NCBI RefSeq assembly: GCF_963921235.1
Contig: NC_086097.1
Location: forward strand, 242,794,001 to 242,858,000
Length of the DNA: 64,000 nucleotides
Source of the DNA: Mobula hypostoma
Lineage: Eukaryota
Direction of reading: 5' to 3'
A program made the position numbers and the translations under genes. The notes under the pieces are model-generated. The model was given only the letters and a program-made list of their open reading frames with translations. It had not been told where the DNA came from and searched no databases. Of the stretch, positions 63,601 to 64,000 are shown in pieces (within the stretch, counting starts at the first letter, position 1; each line of letters starts with the position of its first letter).

Positions 63601-64000
63601 CATAGAAACTATAGAAACCATAGAAAAACTACAGCACAGAAACAGGCCTTTTGGCCCTTCTTGACTGTGCCGAACCATTTTCTGCCTAGTCCCACTGACC
63701 TGCACACGGACCATATCCCTCCATACACCTCCCATCCATGTATCTGTCCAATTTATTCTTAAATGTTAAAAAAGAACCCACATTTACCACCTCGTCTGGC
63801 AGCTCATTCCATACTCCCACCACTCTCTGTGTGAAGAAGCACCCCCTAATGTTCCCTTTAAACTTTTCCCCCCTCACCCTTAACCCATGTCCTCTGGTTT
63901 TTTTCTCCCCCTACCTCAGTGGAAAAAGCCTGCTTTCATTCACTCTATCTATACCCATCATAATTTTATATACCTCTACCAAATCTCCCCTCATTCTTCT
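63601..64000 (-). mobile_element. Young CR1 3' end (runs off the window)
   Basis: Near-identical to 12636-13035. Confidence 0.92.

Overview
Eukaryotic, non-genic-looking vertebrate DNA. The HE1/V-SINE-type SINEs, abundant CR1 LINEs and Penelope-like elements point to a cartilaginous fish (elasmobranch); this is inference. Most of the 64 kb is transposon-derived: many CR1 fragments, RTE, Rex1/Babar-like and L1 LINEs, Penelope-like elements carrying minimal hammerhead-ribozyme motifs, three Ty3/Gypsy elements, four solo LTRs, Tc1- and Tigger-type DNA transposons, several SINEs and microsatellites. Most ORFs in the track are TE fragments or their antisense shadows. Highlights: (1) a complete CsRn1-clade Gypsy provirus at 16668-21045 with a tRNA-Trp PBS, CHCC gag motif, ATAT TSD and a GGGAAAC -1 frameshift site with a 12-bp stem; (2) a 5 x 50-bp tandem array of hammerhead motifs at 33273-33520; (3) a 16.6-kb nested insertion stack at 45255-61883, four layers deep; (4) a Tigger end resembling mammalian MER2; (5) a non-repetitive 210-codon ORF at 24716-25348 with a phase-compatible candidate exon, which may belong to an unrecognised host membrane-protein gene. 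All calls were made by eye, family names come from motif recognition, and many fragment boundaries are approximate.
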